The position numbers and the translations under genes were made by a program. The notes under the pieces are model-generated. The model was not told the origin of the DNA and did not search any database. It was given only the letters and a program-made list of their open reading frames with translations. Shown here piece by piece: positions 27,111 to 43,124 of a DNA stretch of 64,000 nt. This DNA comes from the human T2T-CHM13v2.0 reference genome, Homo sapiens: NCBI RefSeq assembly GCF_009914755.1, contig NC_060944.1; one strand, 5' to 3'. Position 1 is the first letter of the stretch. Each line of letters begins with the position of its first letter.

Positions 27111-28996
27111 GATGCCCTCCAAATAAGACTCTAAGGTCAAATATACTAAGGAAGCACCACTTGCTAATATACCTTTCTTAGAGGGTCACAATGAACATTA
27201 TTGTTCAGAACTTATTCAGAGTTCTGAGGGATCCTGCAGTAAATAAACCTGGATGACCCAGGGTTTCCCTGACTTACTTGACTCTCTTTGTGCAGAATAT
27301 CCATCGATATTCCTAGAAATATTGTCTTCTCCAAGGCGCATTACCTACATGACCTCACTCTATACTGATAATACCTCTAGGAGGTGGATATAATTATTAA
27401 CCCATGAGACAGATGAAGGTAGTGAAACTCTGGAAGATTAAGTAAATTACATAAGGTTCCACAGCCACTAACTAGCAGAGCTGGGATTTTTCTGATTGCT
27501 AAGCCGATTACCTGACCATTTGATTCTTGAGGCATGTGAGGATGAACTTACAAAAAGTAGACACCATCCTAAATTAGAAGCAATGAAAGGAAGTAGCATT
27601 TTCTCAATTTGGTGGCCTCTGTGGTGTAAGACAAACATAGGATGTGCTCAGTGTCAGAAAGGGAGAGAAGGTGGGAGAGGAGGAAAACTCCACTGCTGGG
27701 TCCTGAATACTATCATAATCTCCCCCAAGGATTTCTGAATGCAGTTGTCCCTACCAACAGTTTCCTCTACTGAGCATATTCCCAGGTTGCTGCAGCCTAG
27801 GGATTTGCCTAGCTTGTGATATATTTCATGCACTGGTTTATTCAACTTCCTGATGAAATCTGAGGACCTCCAAACATAGACCAGCTTCCCTCACCCAGCA
27901 GCAGAGGAGACAGGAGGAAGTCAGAATCAGAAGGAGCTAGAGTCAGCCATCAGGGGACAGGAGGGTTGGGTTGGGCCCAATCTCAGAGACACTACAAGAA
28001 TCATCTCTCAAGGTTTCCACCTAACGCACCTCCAGAAAGAGATACCAAGTAGCCTGCGCCAATCAATACGTGGCAATCTATCCTTACTTTAAAGCCACCA
28101 CCTCCTCTCTCCCTTTTGATGATACCACTCAATCTCAGAGACAGAGTCTAGCTGCTTTAGGCTCTTTGGTCCTTGACATCATTAATTTCCCCACTGAATA
28201 GGCCACTTTGAATTTGATCATTTATTACTTGCAGCCAAAGGCTTTCTGACAGACACAGATTTTTAAACAGATTGTTATGACACAATGTGGCAAGTGCCAT
28301 AATCAAAGTATTCACACAGTTTTCTGCTGAGACAGCAGAAAAAGAGAAATTTGGCTTACTTGGTTTGGGGAGGATCAAGAGAGGTGATCCCTGAACAGAA
28401 TCCCCAAAGAAGGTTTGTTCACAGGCAACAAGGCAAAGAGGCAGGAACTAAGAAGGGGATGTTATTGAGCACCTACTACATAAGACCTTCAGGTACATTC
28501 TGCCACTGAGAAAACAGAGAGTATGTACCCTCCCAAGGGGTCATCACTATTAATTGGCTGAGCCAGAATTTGAGTCTGCTTGATTTTGAAGTCCCTATTC
28601 CTACATGCTGTCTCAATACTGCCGACCAACAACAAAATGGACATTCACTACTTCTGTGAATGGGTCTTTAGTAAAGAGACTCTCACTCTGATAGCATCAG
28701 GAACTGCGACTGAAAGAGGAAAGGTCCTTAGAACCTTCTGGAAGTTCTGCAATTGAGCCTAGAAGGTGTTTTCTACAAGCACAAATTCCTTGGGCTTCTA
28801 GGGACTTTGAGATCCTCAATTCCAAGTATTACCTTAAAAACTTCTGTGATTTTTTACTTCATTCTCAATGCCCAGTCTCCTGTAGAATTTTACTGTGGAA
28901 TTTCAGTGTTTTCCTTTAACTCTTTGTGCTAGAATAAACAGGAGCTTTGGGGAAAACAGATCTATTTTGAAGTTCTGCTGTACCACTTGATAGCCT

Positions 28997-29043
28997 GGGT
29001 AACCTCTTGACATTGGGTAACCTCCTGACATTGGGTAACCTCC
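28997..29043 (+). repeat. 18-bp tandem repeat, ~2.6 copies, within a MIR-like relic
   Basis: tgggtaacctcttgacat-tgggtaacctcctgacat-tgggtaacctcc. Confidence 0.85.
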
Positions 29044-31894
29044 CTCAGGCCCAGTGAGTTGGTCACTTGATGCTGCACAAATTATTTTACCAGCTTTTTA
29101 TTTCCTCAGCTGGGAAATGGGGATAATACTCCCAATCATGTAGGACTTGGAGAATTAAATGAGATAATGACTGGCCCATAGAAGTTTCTAGATACATATT
29201 AGCTTCCATCTTCAGTCTACAGTCTTTTCTGCTTACCTTCTTGAAGAATATGTCAAATCAAAGCAAACAATCTGCCCAGTTTGGCTCATCAGGATATCCC
29301 CAGGCAAGGGCAATGTTAAAAACATTTAACAACCAACACCCCCGAGGCATCAATCAATCGTACTGTACGCCATTGGTACAAGGCTACAATAAACACTGCT
29401 TGAATATTTCCCCTTTTCCTAAATAAAAAGGGAATTAATTCTCTCTCCTAACTACACATTCTCTGCCTAGAAATGAAAACTGGCCACCCCAGGGCTGCTG
29501 ACCAGGCTAGTGTCATGATTATAAATCTGGGATGGAGCTCAAGCCAAAAAATATTAATACCTTGAGCCAAATAATAGTAATAGCTAGCATGCACTGTGCT
29601 CATGCACTTTACATGCATGAGAATGTAAATGTACGTATACATTACATACATTCCTTCTTCATCCCCATAACCATCTCATGGAGTAGCTATTACCATTATC
29701 ACTATTTTGCAGAGGTAAAAATTCAGGCCCAGAGATGTAAAGCAAACTGCTCACAGCCACAGAAAGCATGTCAGTGACAGGTCTGTCTGGCACTAAAGTC
29801 CATACTCGTAAAGGTGGGGCACTATTGTCTAAATTTCTCCATAATTGAAAGTCCAGCCCTTCAATGCCCCCCATTCTTTACCCCATAGCTGTGTACCTGG
29901 TTCTCAAGTCACACAAACTCTTCAGAGGCAGCACCCATTTCTGTAGATGTTCATGTCTTAGGTCACATTCTGCACAAGCAGACTCTGAGATCTGAAACAA
30001 ACACTTGGGTGCAAGTGATGTATTAGAGAAGTGCTCCCCAGACATACTGGTAAGGGATTGACAGAAAAACATGATAGGAAAGAGGAAGAAGCCAAGCAAG
30101 GTGTAGTCCCAGACAAAAATCCCACTGAGGGTAGCTTCAGCCTATTCACAGGGGAGCTCTACAGAGTAGGTTACACAGCAGGGTGGCCCTGATCCAAGGC
30201 AAGAGAGCTCCAACAAGAGAATAGGTGGAGATGAGGGTGAGGACGGAAACTGTAAACTCCCGGGAACATTCTGGCTCTCTGTTTATGTGAACAAAGTGAC
30301 TCTAATAGCCCAAGCCAATTTTCCAAAGAAAAGAGAAGACACAAAGGCTAGCCATTGAGAACATACCCAAGTCAGGACAGCAGGTGGGGATGTGCACTGA
30401 AACTGATGACCTGTACAGAGCATCAGCGTTGCTACAGTCAAACAGCCTGAGGATGCACACTGCCGTGTTGAAGTCCTTCTGCTTTCATGACTGCAATCCT
30501 TGAGCTGAGTTGACAGCATAAATTGGAACATGGGCTCAGCTCTCAAACACCAGAAAGAGTGGGTACTTTCTCGGACAGGCTAGAACTTTTCCTCCTTCTG
30601 GATCATGACAGCAAATGGGTCTCCTCAGAGAGTGACCTGGTGCTAAAGGGTGACCCAACGCCTAGACTGATCATTGTGGGTAATTTTATAGACTTTGCAA
30701 GACCCCCTGCAACTGAAGTCATGATTGCAGTGCTGTTATTGCTGATTTTTATATTATTTTATTTAACAAATTAACTTCTATTTCCAGAGTACAACCTCAA
30801 AAATGAAACCTTCAGCCTTCTCTCTTGCCAAGTAGATCTAGATTTCTATTACAAAAACATATCTTGCATCACTGGGGAAAAAAAAGCCTTGACAATTCTG
30901 CTGTGTGTTTTCAATGCCATGTTTTTGTACATTCAGGTATCAGCTTTTAGGAAAATCAATGCAAAAAGGGGGAAGACTTAGCAAACTTGAACCTAAAATG
31001 AAAATTTCTTCTTTATTATTAGTGAGTAATCACTCTCACATTAGTGAATTAACTTTAAACTATCAGGCTTAAGTACTGACTAACCCTCAATTGATACTTT
31101 AAGTTGTATTATAGTTACTTTCAAAAGTAAAAATATAAGTAATAACATATATATTCAATATTATATATCTTGCATATACCATGATTAATAGTATTTTTTA
31201 ATTTTTCAAGCTTGCTGTTTTTAAATGCTAGTCAGGGACAAGGTCAGGGGTGGGGCAGGGTGAGCAGGCATCAGATTGCAAAGGTCCAGCCAGGTCACTT
31301 AGATCCTGGGCAATATCCCAAGGGTTGAGTCTGGTAAACACACAGCATCTATCCTGTTCAATAGAAAAAAAAATAATTTTGGGATGTGTTAGGTTTAGGG
31401 CTCAAATAAGCATTCCTGAGTTCTTCCTGTTCCCTGACCCAGCTGCCACAGAGAGATAGCCAGAGCCCCAAATCCAGATGGAATGGAACCAGGCACTCAG
31501 TTCATGTCCTGGTTACCAAGAATCTTGACCAATCCAGCTCCCTGTCTTCTCCAGGGCCTTCTTCCAAGAGTGGAGAGGGGTCCTCCCACACAATCGCAAA
31601 TCCCAGCCACTCAGCATATCCCTGAGGCTTGGAGAACCATGGGTTTCATTATGAAAGAGTTACTATGTACCAGATCCTCTAAAAAACAGCTTCCAGACAT
31701 TATTTTATTATAATTGCATAGTGACCCTGAGAGGCAGGTATGGCAGGGACTGTAGTGCAAAATTCATGTGCTCCTCTACATTTCCCACCCTCTCTTGCAA
31801 CTAGTGTGGGATCATTAGACTGAGTTGCAGCCTGTGAACTGCAATGGAATTGATGTCCACTTCCCTGACCACTCTCAGGCCTAACCACAGACTT

Positions 31895-32116
31895 AGAGGT
31901 CAGGAAACATTTTCTGTAAAGGACTAGTTGGGCAATATTTCAGTCTTTGCAGTCCGTATGACCTCTGTCACAACTAGTCAACTCTACCACTGTCATATGA
32001 AAGCAGCCATAGATAATATGTAAACAGGTGGGTGTGACTGTGTACCAATAAACCTTTATTTATAAAAATAAACTGGAGATTCAATTTGGCTCATGAGTGT
32101 AGTTTGCTGATCCCTG
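31895..32116. mobile_element. MER58A hAT element inside an old MaLR LTR (~31740-32345)
   Basis: ttttctgtaaagg...gcagccatagataatatgtaaac...gtagtttgctgatccctg. Confidence 0.8.
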
Positions 32117-33190
32117 CCTTAAAACCTGGCTGGCTTATTTCACAGGATACAGTGGGGAAACCTGAGGGGGCCCTATGGAAAGACAGAGCCACAGAATTAA
32201 AGGGCCTGGTTCCCTGAGTCACTGCTATAAAGTTGCCTAACCCGTATTATACTGCCACAGAAGCAAGAAATAACATATTGTGTTAAACCACAGGGATTTG
32301 GGGACTGTTTGTCACAGCAGCTGCACTGATTAACCCGACTAACAAAATAGGTTAACTGTTCCTTTTTGACAGCTGTGGGAAATGAGGTTCAGAGGGGGAA
32401 AGGATCCATCCAAGTTTACAAAGCAAAGAAAGAGTAGAGCCAGGGCTTAGGACGATCAACTCATCCTGGCATGCCAGCATTTGCCTGGTTTTAGCACTGA
32501 AAGCCCACATCCTGGGCAAACAAGGTCACCTAGCTAGTCACCCAGCCAGGACTCAAACACAGGCCTGTCTGGCTCCAAAGCTCGTACTCACAGACCATGA
32601 GGAGGGCTGCTTTCTGAAAGGAGGTGGAGTGAGGCTCAGCTTGGCTCAGCATGATTCCTGCTGGGAGGCCCCCCACCCTGGTGTCCGCTCCAGGTGTGCT
32701 AGAGCTTGCAGGTGAGCATGGAGCCTGTCATCTTCTCCCTGCAGGCCTCAGGCTTTTTCCCCAAAGGCAGTAAGTCAGGCATGAATTTTAAATATATACC
32801 AGCTTGAGTATAGAAGTCAGGCCTGACATCTATAAAATGGCACTAAATCCTGCTTTTATGAGCTCTTGCTGCATTCTGCTGAGTGTTTTATCACACTCAC
32901 TGGAAGTCTACTGAGGGGAGTTAATAACCCAAAAACTCTGGGGCCTGCCTGTCTCTGGATTCAGAAGTGGAACCCCCAGCTGTGGATTTTCGAGATGTTA
33001 GCACTTGCACTAAAGATGCCAGCACCTCCAGATACCTGTGCTCTGCCCTGCCTAGGTCCTTCCTGCTGCTCAATTTTAGCCCCAGGCTGGTGACTTAGGT
33101 GGTTGGGGAAGGACTCTCTGAGAGGGCAACCTTTGGGCTGAAACCTGAAGGTTGAAAAGAAGATGGTCATGCTAGAAATGAAGCGGGAAA

Positions 33191-33474
33191 GGCCAGGCAC
33201 AGTGGCTCATGCCTGTAATCCCAGCACTTTGGGAGGCCACAGCAGAAGGATTACTTGATGCCAGGAGTTTGAGACTAGCCTGGGCAACAAAGTGGGACCC
33301 CCATCTCTACAAAAAATCTTTCAAATTAGCTGGGCATGGTGGTGTGTACCTGTAGTCCCAGCTACTCGGGACGCTGAGGTGGGAGGATCACTTGAGTCCA
33401 GGAAGTCAAGGCTGCAGTAAGCCTGCGCTCCAGACTGGGCAACAGAGAAGACCCTGTCTCAAAAAGAAAAAGAA
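33191..33474 (+). mobile_element. AluJ
   Basis: ggccaggcacagtggctcatgcc...caaggctgcagt. Confidence 0.92.
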
Positions 33475-34261
33475 ATGAAAAGTGTCCCAGAGACAGAACA
33501 GCAAAGGCTAAGGTCCTGAGTCCCGTGACACCTAATCCAGACAGAGAAGGCTTTCCAGTAGAGGACTGCAGAGAACCAGGACACATCCCTGAAGAACCAC
33601 AGCCTATAACAGATGTCCAAAAGGGAGACCTCAGCAGAACAGTCAGAGAAGTGGGAGGGAAGCCCAGAAAGCCAGGAATCATAGGTGCTAAGAGAGGGGA
33701 GCATTTCAAGGAGAGAGAGTTTGGTGGCATCAGATGCTATGAAAAACCTAATTTAAAAAGCACAGAAAGAGGTCCCTTGGCTTTGGCAATGCCAATGTCA
33801 CAAATATTTAAGTGCTTACTGTGTGCTCCAGGGTCCAAGCTCCAGGGAAGCGACGGTCAAATAAAGCAGTAGTTTGGGGGCAGGGAGGGTAGGACAGAAA
33901 ATCTACAAGTAATTCCAATGACACATGTTCTGTTCTGTAGGATCCCAGAAGTGGGGCAAAGTAACTCTACCAAGGAGTTGAGAAGATTTCTGAAAAGTCA
34001 GACATCTGAGTTGGGCTGTGAAGGTTGAATAGTTTACTACTAAGGTGATGAGATAGAGGAAATATCATGGGCAAAAATATCAGAAAGATATGTTTAGGAA
34101 ACCAAGGAAGTCCCTTAGCCTAGGGGAGATGAGGCTGAGATAATTGGGAGGAGATAAAGGACCTCCAGCCCTGCCAAGAAGTTCGGGTTTATTCTCCAGG
34201 CAACAGGGTGGCATGGAGGGAGACGTCAGATTTACACTTTAGAAAATAATTTCTAAAACCC

Positions 34262-34402
34262 TGCACACTATGGTGTGTGCCTGTAATCCCAACTACTTGG
34301 GATGCTAAGGTGGCGGGATCACTTGAGCCCAGGTGTTCAAGTCCAGCCTAGGAGAGCTAGTGAGGCCCTGTCTGTGACAGAGAGAAAAATAAAAGAAAAA
34401 AA
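34262..34402 (+). mobile_element. Alu monomer (FLAM-like)
   Basis: Single arm gcctgtaatcccaactacttggga...ccagcctagg plus A tail. Confidence 0.75.
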
Positions 34403-35344
34403 ATAGTTTCTGGCTTTGAGTCCCATCCCCAGCTCTAACACTAAGCGGCAGAGTGACGCTAGACGCATCCCTTCCATCTTCTGGGCCTCAGTTTTACCCA
34501 CTTTGAAGTGAGAAGATAAGACTATCCGTTCCAGTTCTTATGATCTGAGGGTTCTGTGGTCCTTCCCCAACCACCTGGGCACCCATGTAAGAGTCAGCTG
34601 TTCTGAAAGAGCCTTTTGTTTGTCTGCATCTGATACAAATAAATTCATCGCTTAGGTTCCAATTTCAGAGTCATAATTTGCCCAGCACTTTTCAGAAGAG
34701 CAAAATGACTCTCAGGGTCAACCATGCCACCAGCGTGTCTAAGAGGCTTTTTCCCAATTCCCTGGTGAGGATGAGAAACAAGGACTCCATCGTGACCCAG
34801 GGGAAAGGCTGACATTTGGTGAGATGTCTGTATTTAACTCCCACTGCTTGACATCTGCTTTCAATTAATCTGCCTGTGTTAAGAGAGATGCTGCCCGGAG
34901 CATGCGATTCAACCTCAGTTCTGGAGGGGCAGAGAGAAGCAGTCACAGAGAGTGAATGCAGATCCTAGCCACCCACTGCCCCCAACCCACACCCTCAGGG
35001 GCTCCCTGAACCCCCAGGACCACCTGGCCTGCAGGCACCTGAGGGCCTACTTCACTCCCACTTCACAATTGACACTTCAGCAATACCAACCGGGACACAT
35101 TTGAAGGACTAAAAGAAAGTCAAACTGAGGTCACTGGAGACACTGACAAGAGAGGACAGTGGCTTAGTGAGGGAGGCAGGGGCCAGGTCACACAAAGCCT
35201 TATAGAGCATGTGAAGGAGTTTCTGTTTTTATCCTGGGTCTGATTAGAAGTGACATTGTTAATTTGCATATTTGAAATATGTCTCCAGGTGCTTCATGGA
35301 GAATCGGTTGGACAGAGGAAAGATTGGGAGAGGAGATGGCTTCA

Positions 35345-36235
35345 AACTGCACTGTCCAACTCAGCAGGCACCAGCCACAGTGAGCACTTGAAAGGTGGCC
35401 AGTGCAATTGAGGAAATGAAATTTTTTGCTACAGGCTTCATTTTTTATTTATATTATTTTTGCATGTATGTAAAGAGGCACAAGTGTAATTTTGTTACAT
35501 ACATACATTGCATCATGGTGAAGTCAAGGCTTTTATGGTGTCTGTCACCTGAATAATGTATATTATACCCATTAAGTAATTTCTCATCATCCACCCCCTC
35601 CCACCTCCCAACTCCTTTGAATCACCATTGTCTATCATTCCACTCTCTACATCCACGTGTACACATTTAGCTCCCACTTATAAGTGAAAACATGAGGTAT
35701 TTGACTTTCTGTGTCTGAGTTGTTTCACTTAAGGTAATGACCTCCAGTTCCATCCATGTTGCTGCAAAAGACATTTATTCTTTTGAATGACTGAATGGTG
35801 GAACTGAATATTATATTTTATTTAAATTAATTAAAGTTAAAGTAAAATACTTAATTCAGCTATTTTAAAACTTTGAAGTATGTTTGGAACAACCTAGGTA
35901 CATAATTCTACTTTCTCCAACAGTAAATGTTATGAAATCTAAATACGAATAAAGTATTTTCAATGGAAATTTATCATCCAAATTGAAATATGCTGTAAGT
36001 GTAAAATGCACAATGGATTTCGAAGACTTAGGACACAAAAAGCAAAAGAACAAGTATTTCAATCATAGTGTATATTGGCCATGTTAAGATGGTAATAGTT
36101 TGAATATATCATGTTAAATAAAATAGATTATTAAAACTAAATTAACTTGTTTATTTTTACTTCTTTAAAATTTTGTCACAAGAAATGTAAGCTTTTATGT
36201 GTGGCTCTCGTTGTGTTTCTATAGGACAGCACTGA
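35345..36235. mobile_element. MER3/MER33-like hAT relic interrupted by a minus-strand L1MA 3' end (~35435-35795)
   Basis: gcactgtccaa...ataggacagcact termini; insert has ctcccacttataagtgaaaacatgaggtatttgactttctg. Confidence 0.7.
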
Positions 36236-36467
36236 GTTAGGAGGAAAGATGGTGATTTAGACTACAGTAATGATAGATCCGAGATATGTTTTGTAGGTCA
36301 CATTGGCAGATCTTGCTGATAAATTGGATATTGGGAACGAGTGAAGGAAGAGGAAGTACCAGAGATGATGGCTAAGTTTCTGGCTCCAGCACTTAATTGG
36401 AAGATGGTGTCATTTTCTTGAATGAGGAAGACTTGGGGAGGAAAAGCTGGGGTAGGGGTGGGGACTA

Positions 36468-36916
<449 letters not shown>

Positions 36917-38019
36917 CTAGGTTTCTCCTCTGTTTATGCATTTCACAACAGACAGACAGACAGACAGATGGACAACAATGTTAATGCACTCCCCTGCTCT
37001 CCAGTTACAGTAAAATCCTTCTGAATATTCAAATGTTCCCTGGAGCTTTGAGTCTTCTCTGTATTTCACGAGCCACCAGCTCTCTCTTCTTCACTCCTCC
37101 CTCCCACCCCCCTGACTCAGATAATCCCTTCCTTGGCTCGCCCACCCCCAAAACTTGCTGGGCAAAACACTGTGGCAAAGACACCCATTGCAGACAGTCA
37201 GTAGCAGCAAGCTATGGGTCAGGATGTTTGCACAAATGCTTCACAGCATCATTTATCTTGAGGGATGTCAACTCGAAAAATGTTAGTTCATGTCACTGTC
37301 AGGGTAAATGCCAAAAATTAGCTTTCTTTCATCAGAAAACGGAATAATTAACTTTGCAACTGTTTCCAAAACTGCTAATTAATGGGTTTTACCCACTTGA
37401 TTTGTCAGGCTACATTGCGAGCTGAACAGCAGCCTGAGCCCCTGGAGGATTCCCATCCTCCCCTTCTCTCTGTCCCTGCAGAAGTTGGAAGAAGTTACAG
37501 GTAAACAAGTAGAGAAAAGCAAGACCAGAGGAAAACGCTGCTATTTTGGAGTCGAGAGTTTTCCTTTGCCTTTCAAAATCGGTCTCCTACCACTTTTCTT
37601 TCCCACATCACTCCAATGGGAGGTCAAAATTCCCCAGTTGATCTCAAAATTGTGTTGCTCAGCCTTAGCGGATGGGGCAACCATCTACCTGTCCCCAAAT
37701 CTGGAGGTCAAATCAGATTCCTGCCTGTCTCCCTCCACAAGGTGGTGGGCACAGGGGTTAAAGACAGGCCTTGGAGGCAGAGGGGGCTTTGAATGCCAGC
37801 TCTGATTCTCACCAGTTGTGCAAACTTAAGCAAGACACTTCCCTTCTCACTATCTCAGTTTCCTCATCTGTAAAACGGGATTCATGGTAGAGTGATGTCA
37901 TTGAGTGGGTGAACGCTCCCAAATCTTACTCCACTATACCAAGGCTATATATCCACACCTTTTGCCTTTTAACTTTGCAGGGCATCCCATTGTGGGAAGT
38001 GTGGGGTACTTCCCTTTGA

Positions 38020-38066
38020 TTTTTTTTTAATTGTGGTAAAACACACATAACTAAATTTACCATCTT
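38020..38066 (-). mobile_element. L1MA/MB extreme 3' end (continues at 39743-39870)
   Basis: ttttttaattgtggtaaaacacacataactaaatttaccatctt matches the reverse L1M 3' terminus. Confidence 0.7.
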
Positions 38067-38396
38067 CTTCTTCACCAGGCTGCTATAATATTGGCTACTA
38101 ACAGTGTTCACCTTTTCTGTGGAATTGCCATTGGCTAAACAGGATCTGTCAGCTTGGGGCCAGTGATGGATTAGCAAGGGAGGAGTGTATCAAAGGACTT
38201 TAAGGTGGCACCAATGTTGGGGTGCCATCTTTCCTCCAGAGCTCTCCATGGAACCAGGCTGAAGCTTATGTCAGGCTAACACCTCATCTTTACTCAACTT
38301 TCTTCTGCTTGATCATGCTTTCTTAACTTCCCTTCTCTTGAGAGCAGAGCCCAGTAAAATATTTTCACAATAATCCTCATGAGCAGTAATAAATAG

Positions 38397-38713
<317 letters not shown>

Positions 38714-38915
38714 AATGGTTGTTGTTGTAAGCCACTGAATTTTGAGGTGTTTTGTTACAAAGCATTATAAACTGACACAATTAGAACACATGAAATATGA
38801 AATACTATCCAGCCATTAAAAATGATGGGAGCCCTATGTATTGACTACAAAACATGTCAACAGGCAGTTTTCTGGGGGAAAAAAATGATCACAGGAAAGT
38901 TTTATAGCAGCATTC

Positions 38916-39222
38916 TTTTTTTTTTTTTTTTTTTTTTTTTGAGATGGAATCTCACTCTGTCACCCAGGCTAGAGTAGAGCAGCACAATCTCGGCTCACTG
39001 CAACCTCTGCCTCCAGGTAAAAGTGATTCTTGTGCCTTAGCCTCCTGAGTAGCTGGGATTATAGGCATGCACCACCACGCCCAGCTAATTTTTGTATTTT
39101 TAGTAGAAACGGGGTTTAACCATGTTGGCCAGGCTGGTCTCAAACTCCTAACTTCAAGTGATCCACCCACCTCGGCCTCCCAAAGTTCTGGAATTACAGG
39201 CGTGAGCCACTGGCATCCGGCC
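38916..39222 (-). mobile_element. AluS
   Basis: TSD tatagcagcattcttttt on both sides. Confidence 0.95.
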
Positions 39223-39446
39223 TATAGCAGCATTCTTTTTGTTAAAGAAAGTTAACACATGCTTCCATGTGGATATTCAGTGTCTAGCAGGGTCTTCAAA
39301 GGATGAACAGTGTTTAGTCCCTGTGTGGTGGGACTATGGACAACATATTACTTCTATCTTTGCATTTATTTTATATAATTTCATGTTTAAATGGAACTTC
39401 GGTTTTATTTGAATTAAAGTTGTTTAAACAAAAAAACAAAAAAAAA

Positions 39447-39742
<296 letters not shown>

Positions 39743-39870
39743 ACAGTTTCTAAGTGTATAGTTCAGTAGCGCTAAGTATATTCACACTGTTGTGCAACAA
39801 ATCTCTAGAACTCTTTATCTTACAAAACTGAACCTCTATACCCATTAAACAGCCCCTTATTCCTTACAGG
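39743..39870 (-). mobile_element. L1MA/MB 3' fragment
   Basis: taagtgtatagttcagtagcgctaagtatattcacactgttgtgcaac...ctctatacccattaaaca. Confidence 0.75.
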
Positions 39871-40591
39871 CTTTGCTGATGAAAATCCATTCTTTGTTTC
39901 ATTCAGTGTACATTTGTCACACACCTCCTACATCCCAGGCATTCTTGTAGGCCTCGGGGATATAGCAGTGGATAACACAGACACCATCCCTACCCACCTA
40001 TCACTTGCTTTCTTGTCAAGGAGATGGGCAATAAAACAAACAGATACATAACAGAAACCAAGTTAGAAGATAAGTACTATGAAAATAACAAGAAGAGCTA
40101 GTCATATTGAGTCCTCACTAGGTACCAGGCATTATTTGAAGTGTTTTAAGTGAATTATTTGGTTTAATACTCACCACAGTCCTAAGAAGCAGTTAGTATT
40201 ATTATAATCCCCTTTTGACAGAATTAAAAGAAACAGGAGGGAAAAAAAAGATTAAGCAATTTGCCAGTCACACAAGTGGGGACCAGCAAAGCTGGGATTT
40301 GAGCCCCAGAAGTCTGACTCTGGCACTCCCCTGCCAAACAATTAGCCATGCCGTCTTGCACTTATTCATTTACTAATGTTTGTGAAGTGCCTATTCTGTG
40401 CCAAGCCCTAGAGATCTGTGTCAGTGAAGGAAACAGGCAAAAATCTCTGCCCTTCATGATCTTCCATCCAATCAAGTGTGGGAAGGCAGACATTAAGAAA
40501 ATTCAAAGATTAAATTATGTGGTATATTGTAATACTGCAAGGGGACAGTCTGTGGAGAATAATAAAAGGAAGTCACAGGCACAGGTGCTGC

Positions 40592-40910
<319 letters not shown>

Positions 40911-41209
40911 TAAGTTGGTCAGGTTGCTACTTAGGATGTTCCAGGAGGGCCTCTCTGTGGAGGTGGCTTTTAAAGAGACTTGAAGGAGATGAGGGAATCA
41001 TTCATGCAAGTCCTGAGAGAACAGCATTCCAGAAGGAGAGAACAAACAAAGGCAAAGACCCAGAGGCAGGAACATGCCTGGTGTGTTCAGGGAATAACAA
41101 GGAAGCCTGCATGGCTGGAACAAAGTGATCAAGAAGATAACGAAAAGAAATGAGGTCAAAAATAGTGCAGGACAATTTATGAAGTTTTAGGGCCAAAGAA
41201 AATGACTTT

Positions 41210-41660
41210 GATACATGGAGAAGCCTTAAATGTACATTACTAATTAAAGGAAGCCAGTCTGAACAGACTACACACTGTATGATTCCAACTATATGACATT
41301 CTGGAAAAGGCAAAGCTATAGAGACAGTAAAAAGATCAGTGGTTGCCAGGGGTTCGGGAGGGAGGGAGAATTAGGTGGAGCTCAGGGGATTTTTAGGAAA
41401 CTCCTCTGTATGATACTGTCACGGTGGATACATGACATTACGCATTTGACAAAGCCCATACAATGCACAACACAAAGCATGAACCCTAATGTAAACTATG
41501 AACTCTAGTTAATAATAATGCATCAATATTGGCTTATCAATTGTAACAAATGTACCACACTAATGCAAGATGTACGTAATAGAAGATGTGGGGAGGGAAA
41601 GTGGAAATTGGTATACGGGAACTCTATTTTCCACTCAATCTTTCCATAAATTTAAAACTA
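41210..41660 (+). mobile_element. L1MC/MD-type 3' end inserted in an L2
   Basis: gattccaactatatgacattctggaaaaggcaaa...aaccctaatgtaaactatg; L2 resumes at ~41695. Confidence 0.8.
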
Positions 41661-42539
41661 CTCCAAGCCATGAAATCTATTAATTTTTTTAAAGGACTGG
41701 ATTTTCTGTGAGTGAGATGGGGAGACATTTGAGGCCAGGAAGCAGACTGACAATGGACTTTGCTCTAACAGGATCCTCTGGAGGATCCTGCTATGCAGAG
41801 AGTACACTGAAGGGGCCAAGACTGGGGCAGGGAGACAAGGAGGAGCTGTTGAAATAGTCCAGGCAAGAGACAAGGGTGTTTTGGACCATGGTGGTTACTG
41901 TCACCAGGTCAGAAGTGGCATGGATAGAGCCAACAGGATTTTCTGAAGGAATAGAGGGTTAGAGGTTAGGGTGGAAGCCCCCACCCGCAGTGGCCTGTGG
42001 CTTACCCAAGGCAAAATGAACACGTACTTATGGTGCCCAGACAAAGTGGAAAATAGCCTGGATGAATTTATCTCTAATTGCATATTTAAAAGGGCTATTA
42101 AAAAGCTTTTTTAATTTCCACATGCATGTGAGCTTTGAGGTTTTGAGTTCATTATTGTTTTTACTCTGAACTGCATATGAACAGGGGCTCTTCCATCTCT
42201 CAGTGCATTGGACCTCTAGAGGTCCCAATACCACACTGCCTAAGGGGTACAATCCAGGAAAAGCCACCACAGTCACCATCATGGCTGAGGAGGGGCCATG
42301 AGTGGTTGATTGTCTCATCCTGAATGCAGAAGGCTTCCACACAGGTCTGTGCCCAAGAAGTCAAGGTTCTGGGGTCTCTGTGAGCCCCTAACAGTCATCT
42401 GGTCCAACCCTGCATTGTACACGTGAAGTAACTGAATCCCAAGAGGTGCAAGTCACTCTCCCAAGTTCCCTCAGCCAGGTAAAGGCCAGAGTTGGGGCCT
42501 CCTGATGCCCAGATGAGAGCTCTGTCCTCCTGCAATTTG

Positions 42540-42985
42540 CTGTGTTCATTTCCTGTGGCTGCCATAATAAAATACCACAACCTGGTGGCTTAAAACAGAA
42601 ATTTCTTCCCTCACAGTTTTAGAGGCCAGGAGTCTGAAACCAAGGTGTTGGTTAGGGTCCCACTCCCTGCAGAGGCTGTAGAGAAGGATCTCTTCCTCAC
42701 CTCTTCCAGTTCATGGTGGCTGCAGGAGTTCCTAAGCTTGTGGCTGAATCACTCTGATTTCTGTTTTCATATTCTCTTCTCCTCCCTGTGTCTCTCCTCA
42801 GGGTATCCCTTATGGACACTTGTCATTGGATTTGGGGCCCACCCAGATAATCCAGGATGATCTCATCTCAAGATCCTTAATAATATCTGCAAAGATCCTT
42901 TTTTCAAATAAGGTCACATTCACAGGTTCCAGGGATTTTACATGGATATCTTGTTGGGGAGGTAGGTCATTTTTCAGGCTATGGT
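42540..42985 (-). mobile_element. MLT1B/C-like LTR
   Basis: ataccacaacctggtggcttaaaacagaaattt...tcaaataaggtcacattcacagg. Confidence 0.8.
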
Positions 42986-43124
42986 TGTCAATGCCCATAA
43001 CATGGATTAAGCTCTCTAGCTGCCAGTAGCCACCCACATCACAGGAGGGAGAGAATGGCTCATGTGCCCCCAAAGACCTAGCCTCAGAGCAGTGAGACCC
43101 GGGCTCCTTCCTCACAACTGAATG

